Both the position numbers and the translations under genes were made by a program. Shown in pieces: positions 60,169 through 64,000 of a stretch of DNA of 64,000 bases (the stretch's first letter is position 1; every line of letters starts with the position of its first letter). This stretch comes from a bacterium. GTDB lineage: Bacteria; Bacteroidota; Ignavibacteria; UBA10030. The stretch spans positions 3,190 to 67,189 of the forward strand of contig JAZDJN010000034.1 of the NCBI GenBank assembly GCA_043803945.1. Reading direction: 5' to 3'. The notes under the pieces are model-generated. The model made no database searches. It was not told the DNA's origin and saw only the letters and a list, made by a program, of their open reading frames with translations.

Positions 60169-62012
60169 TACACTCTGCCCTCGTGCTGGTTCAAGTGATC
60201 GGTGAATTGCAAGGAGTAGAGGCGTTTATAGAGTCCTCGTTCATCCTTTAACAGTTGCTCATGGGTGCCAATTTGAACGATACTGCCATTCTCCAGTGCA
60301 AAGATTCTTGAGCTTCGATAGACGGTCGATAGCCGATGAGCGATGACGAAAGAAGTTCTTCCCTGCATGAGCCTCTCGAGTGCTTCCTGGACGAGCTGCT
60401 CCGATTCGCTATCGAGCGCTGAAGTCGCTTCATCGAGAAGTAATATTCTGGGATTCCGTAAAATAGCCCGAGCAATGGCAATACGCTGCCGTTGGCCGCC
60501 GGACAGTTGCACCCCACGTTCTCCTACCTCTGTTTGATAACCTTTGGTGAGTTCCTGAATGAAATGATGGGCATTTGCAACTTTTGCGGCTTCGAAAATC
60601 TCATCCTCTTTGGCATCGAGACGGCCATAGAGAATATTATCGTAGATGGTGCCTCCAAATAGGACCACCTCCTGAGGTACTATCGCAATTTGGGAACGAA
60701 GATCATTCAGGTCCATTTTCTTCGAATCGATCCCATTCACATAGATTGTTCCTCTCTCAATTTCATAGAATCGCGGGATCAGATTGATAAGCGTTGTCTT
60801 TCCGCCGCCGCTGGGACCGACAAGAGCAATGCTCTCACCAGGGTCAACAGTAAACGAAATGTCCTGTAATGCCTCAACTTCCCCGCCATAAGCAAAAGAA
60901 ACATTCCGAAATTCGACCTGACCAGGTTCACCTTGGAGTTGTTTCTTGGCAGGGATGTGATGTTCTCTCTCCAAATCAAGAATCTCAAAAATTAGTCCTG
61001 CTGATACGAGATTCTTCTGCAATCGGGCTACTCCTTCGCCCAGCGCTTTCACCGGTTTGGCAAGGAGATTGATCAGAATTAGAAACCTAATCATTGATTC
61101 AATATCCATCTGGTTCTTAAGAAACAGGTACCCAGTGAAAACAACAAGAAGAGATGCAACGAAGGTATTGAAGAATTCATTTGTGGGGCTCAGCAGGGCC
61201 ATCGTTCTAACGATTTTCATAGAATGATGATAGTTGTCTTCTACCTTCTGACGAAAGACTTTTCGCTCATATTCTTCCCTTGTAAAGGATTTTACGATGC
61301 GAATCGCGGCGATTTTCTCCTGTAAAAAGGAGGTAATATCGGCAAGCGTATCCATAAGATTACGGCTATGGTGCCGAATGCTATCACCAAATTTTCTGGA
61401 CGAGATGCCGGAAACAGTGAAGATAATTATCGTGAATAGCGTCAATTGCCAATTGGCGCTGATTAGTGCTATAGTGAACACTACGGTGAATACGATGTTC
61501 TGTGCTATTTCAACGATCAAGGAGAGAGATTGTTCAACATTATTGATGTCATTCGTGATTCGAGACATCAGCTTTCCCGTCTTCTGCTGATCAAAATACT
61601 TTATCGGGAGAGTGAGAATGGTTTCGAAAAGCTCAACACGGAATTTCATCAGAATTTTCTGCTGCGCTGAGCTCATGACATATTCACGGATATAGACAAA
61701 AATAATCTTAACAACTATGAGCCCGAGCAGAACTACAGCAAATAAAGTAATTAGCTGAAATGCTTCACCTTCGCCCGAAACAGTAATGGATGCGATTGCC
61801 CAGTCGAGGAATTTAATAATATGACCACTGATCAGAATATCCTTACCGGCCTTTACCAGTCCTCCTATTTTTCCAAGAATTTCAAAGAGTGAAGCTATTA
61901 AACTTGCAGAGAGTGTATCTGTAAAGGACATAATCGCAACGGCGAACAACCCTGCCGCAATTCGCCATCGGTAAACGATAAAATATGGAAGGAGCCTCAG
62001 TAGAATCTTCAT
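60168..62012 (-). CDS. msbA: ABC transporter permease/ATPase, MsbA-like lipid A exporter
   Basis: Six-TM domain, then Walker A GPSGGGKTT, signature LSGGQRQR, Walker B LLLDEATSALD. Confidence 0.75.
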   Translation of the reverse strand: MKILLRLLPYFIVYRWRIAAGLFAVAIMSFTDTLSASLIASLFEILGKIGGLVKAGKDILISGHIIKFLDWAIASITVSGEGEAFQLITLFAVVLLGLIVVKIIFVYIREYVMSSAQQKILMKFRVELFETILTLPIKYFDQQKTGKLMSRITNDINNVEQSLSLIVEIAQNIVFTVVFTIALISANWQLTLFTIIIFTVSGISSRKFGDSIRHHSRNLMDTLADITSFLQEKIAAIRIVKSFTREEYERKVFRQKVEDNYHHSMKIVRTMALLSPTNEFFNTFVASLLVVFTGYLFLKNQMDIESMIRFLILINLLAKPVKALGEGVARLQKNLVSAGLIFEILDLEREHHIPAKKQLQGEPGQVEFRNVSFAYGGEVEALQDISFTVDPGESIALVGPSGGGKTTLINLIPRFYEIERGTIYVNGIDSKKMDLNDLRSQIAIVPQEVVLFGGTIYDNILYGRLDAKEDEIFEAAKVANAHHFIQELTKGYQTEVGERGVQLSGGQRQRIAIARAILRNPRILLLDEATSALDSESEQLVQEALERLMQGRTSFVIAHRLSTVYRSSRIFALENGSIVQIGTHEQLLKDERGLYKRLYSLQFTDHLNQHEGRV

Positions 62013-62023
62013 GACTATTCTAA

Positions 62024-62722
62024 TTATCTGCCTGTATTCTTCTCAGAAAGCACCTGATACTTTTGCGTAAAGATACATAAATCAAAGATAGGACACGAGC
62101 CACATTTTGGCTTTTGTGCTTTGCAAATATTCCTCCCAAAACGTATTAGATTTATATGAAATGAATAGGTGCTCTTGGGATCTACCAATGGTTGCATTGC
62201 TCTCTGGGTTTCATCTGCTGTACGTGCATTGACGATGCCAACCCTCTTGCATATGCGATGGATATGGGTATCGACAGGGAAAATAGATCTACCAAAAGCG
62301 AAAATCATTACACAGGCAGCAGTCTTTGGTCCAACCCCATCAAATTGTAATAGATAGTTAAACATTGACACATCATCGTATTTCTTTAGATAAGCCAAAG
62401 AATAATTACCAGTATTAGCTTTTACTGTTCGCAGTATCTTCTTAATTGTTAAGGCTTTCTGATTTTTTAATCCACCAACTTCTATAGTTCTTGCAAGAAT
62501 ACGTTGGTCTGCTTTATCGGCCAGATACCAAGAGGGAAAACGTTTCTTAAGCGCTATCCATGCACGATGACTATTCTTATCGTTTGTGTTTTGAGAAAGA
62601 ATTGTCTGAATGGGGGAATCCAGTGGATTATGCAAAACCTTGGGCAGCGATTTTCTTCCATAAAGTTCGTTTAATAAATCCATTAATAGATCCACTTTAT
62701 GACTCTTTTGAAATTTTGGCAC
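62024..62722 (-). CDS. HhH-GPD base-excision DNA glycosylase (endonuclease III-like) with Fe-S loop
   Basis: FDGVGPKTAACVM...VDTHIHRI HhH-GPD and C-terminal CKAQKPKCGSCPIFDLC. Confidence 0.7.
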   Translation of the reverse strand: MPKFQKSHKVDLLMDLLNELYGRKSLPKVLHNPLDSPIQTILSQNTNDKNSHRAWIALKKRFPSWYLADKADQRILARTIEVGGLKNQKALTIKKILRTVKANTGNYSLAYLKKYDDVSMFNYLLQFDGVGPKTAACVMIFAFGRSIFPVDTHIHRICKRVGIVNARTADETQRAMQPLVDPKSTYSFHINLIRFGRNICKAQKPKCGSCPIFDLCIFTQKYQVLSEKNTGR

Positions 62723-62753
62723 TATTGAGGAGTTCCTCTATGTTCGCAAAGGG

Positions 62754-63083
62754 TCATTTCTGACAGTTTTTACACTCACATAACGATCGCAGATGTTCCC
62801 AGGTGTAAAGACCAGTATTATGTCCATCTCCCCATGTCAGGCTCAAAGCATATGAGCCAATTTGTTGCGCATATTGAAGTGAGTATTTGCCAGGCACTGA
62901 TGGTTGTGGAATGGGCTTATATTCTTTTAGAAGAATCGTTTCGCCCTGACAATCCGCGCAAGGGCAGGCATTTCGTAGTTTTGTTAGAGTAACAATTCCT
63001 TTATGAGCATCATCCCAAAGAATTGAAAGGATAGACGTTCTAGATTTGGATTCTTGTTCGAGTTTTATCGAGGTAGGAATCAT
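62754..63083 (-). CDS. DUF971-family (GBBH-like N-terminal zinc-ribbon) protein
   Basis: CPCADCQGE ... CECKNCQK paired-Cys motifs in a 109-aa protein. Confidence 0.5.
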   Translation of the reverse strand: MIPTSIKLEQESKSRTSILSILWDDAHKGIVTLTKLRNACPCADCQGETILLKEYKPIPQPSVPGKYSLQYAQQIGSYALSLTWGDGHNTGLYTWEHLRSLCECKNCQK

Positions 63084-63155
63084 TTGGCCATCTAAAAAGA
63101 TTGGTATGAACGAAAAAGGACAATCCTAATTGATTGTCCTTTTAAATTTCTTGAG

Positions 63156-63229
63156 TGGACCGTACCGGGGTCGAACCGGTGACCTCCACAATGCCATTGT
63201 GGCGCTCTCCCAAACTGAGCTAACGGCCC
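63156..63229 (-). tRNA. tRNA-Ala (anticodon GGC), CCA not encoded
   Basis: GGGCCGTTAGCTCAGTTTGGGAGAGCGCCACAATGGCATTGTGGAGGTCACCGGTTCGACCCCGGTACGGTCCA; cloverleaf with the G3-U70 Ala identity pair and a 7-nt anticodon loop AT-GGC-AT. Confidence 0.85.
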
Positions 63230-63403
63230 TAATTGCAGGAATAATATAGCCAAACGATGCAGAAAAGTCAACGAGAAATTTGTTGCTCAGAGAATCGTTT
63301 TTCTTTATAATGAGGTAAGAGATGATACATTGCATTTATTCTGCAATAGAATTCTAAGAAGATATTCTAGAATGACAAGCAAAATAAATAATGGGGTGAA
63401 TGA

Positions 63404-63817
63404 ATGGCAAGATTAGATAAGATATTGCTGATTCTCGTGAGCGTTTGCAGTCTTATTTTCCTTGAAAGCTGCAAGGATGAAATTGCCGACCCAAATACAG
63501 ATCCAATTGTTTTTCCTGAAAACAATATCAGCTACTCAAAGCATGTACAACCGTTATTTCAGCAACGATGTGCACTCCCAGCCTGCCATTCCGGTTCTAA
63601 CGCGGCTCGTGATCTGGATCTTACGACTCCATCCTACTCTCAATTGCTTAATCATCAACCGCGACTTGTTACATCAAACGCAGCGGCAAATAGCCTGCTT
63701 GTTCAACGGCTGGAAGGCACTATACCTCCTCGAATGCCGTTGAACTCAACATCGCTAAATACTAATCAACTCAATGGTATAAAGAAATGGATTCAGGAAG
63801 GTGCTTTAAATAATTAA
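63404..63817 (+). CDS. Hypothetical lipoprotein
   Basis: Lipobox-like LIFLESC after a hydrophobic leader; no CxxCH heme motif (only CALPACH). Confidence 0.35.
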   Translation: MARLDKILLILVSVCSLIFLESCKDEIADPNTDPIVFPENNISYSKHVQPLFQQRCALPACHSGSNAARDLDLTTPSYSQLLNHQPRLVTSNAAANSLLVQRLEGTIPPRMPLNSTSLNTNQLNGIKKWIQEGALNN

Positions 63818-64000
63818 AGCATAAAGTAGTGTGTCTCAGCTTTCCGATTGATATCGAATGTCTCTTCCCCACTGCAGCTTTTTCCTTAGTACTTCATAGT
63901 AGCTCGTGTTTTTCCGCTTCACCAGTTTAGCACTCCATTTAGATTTCCTTATCGAGACTTCTGCCGGAGCTGAAATTAGTAGTTCTTCCTGACCATCAGC

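Noticed and set aside
63126-63335. 69-aa ORF on the minus strand
   Set aside because: Overlaps tRNA-Ala(GGC) (63156-63229) and the translation reads through the tRNA sequence; spurious.
63404-63817. Possible c-type cytochrome from the CALPACH sequence
   Set aside because: The spacing is C-x5-C-H, not the CxxCH heme-binding motif; left as a hypothetical lipoprotein.

Overview
The window is about 64 kb of bacterial chromosome, roughly 45% GC, read with the standard genetic code (TGA is used as a stop throughout, including in several ATGA start/stop overlaps). A type-A T9SS C-terminal sorting domain on one protein, plus adjacent FadL/PorQ/PorV-like outer-membrane barrels, suggests a Gram-negative organism of the FCB group (Bacteroidota / Ignavibacteriota-like). 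Most genes are housekeeping: an M28 peptidase, two beta-eliminating lyase paralogs (tryptophanase / tyrosine phenol-lyase family), apt, lrp-glnA, a GlcD/GlcF-like oxidase pair, nth, PolX, dusB, an IDH-family dehydrogenase, comM/yifB, an isolated nuoG-H-I fragment, an aminotransferase, an M16 peptidase and udk. RNA genes are a tmRNA (ssrA, minus strand, about 10336-10709) and tRNA-Ala(GGC) (minus strand, 63156-63229). The accessory content is what stands out. (1) A decaying patch at the tmRNA 3' side holds an ISL3 transposase with a frameshift and an in-frame TAG, and an OmpR-type response regulator disrupted by two in-frame stops and a homopolymer frameshift. (2) A translationally coupled six-gene locus at 33464-40050 has three paralogous processive-type GT2 genes, an MprF/UPF0104 flippase-like membrane protein, a NodB-size polysaccharide deacetylase and a large PHP-domain hydrolase; it is a candidate nodBC/pgaBC-like pathway for a partly de-N-acetylated hexosamine glycoconjugate. 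A GAFTGA-degenerate AAA+/Fis regulator and a polytopic membrane protein sit convergently beside it. (3) A small secreted protein is built from three codon-diversified 18-aa tandem repeats behind a sigma70-like promoter and a CCAACAC-motif-rich leader. (4) A coupled surface operon runs M50 protease, lipoprotein, BNR-repeat T9SS cargo, two tandem FadL/PorQ-like barrels, a FemAB-like acyltransferase and a GT1. It is followed by an LPS-core-type cluster (ArnT-like GT, thioredoxin-like protein, GT2-like, WaaL-like, two GT9, MsbA). No CRISPR array or rRNA gene is present.
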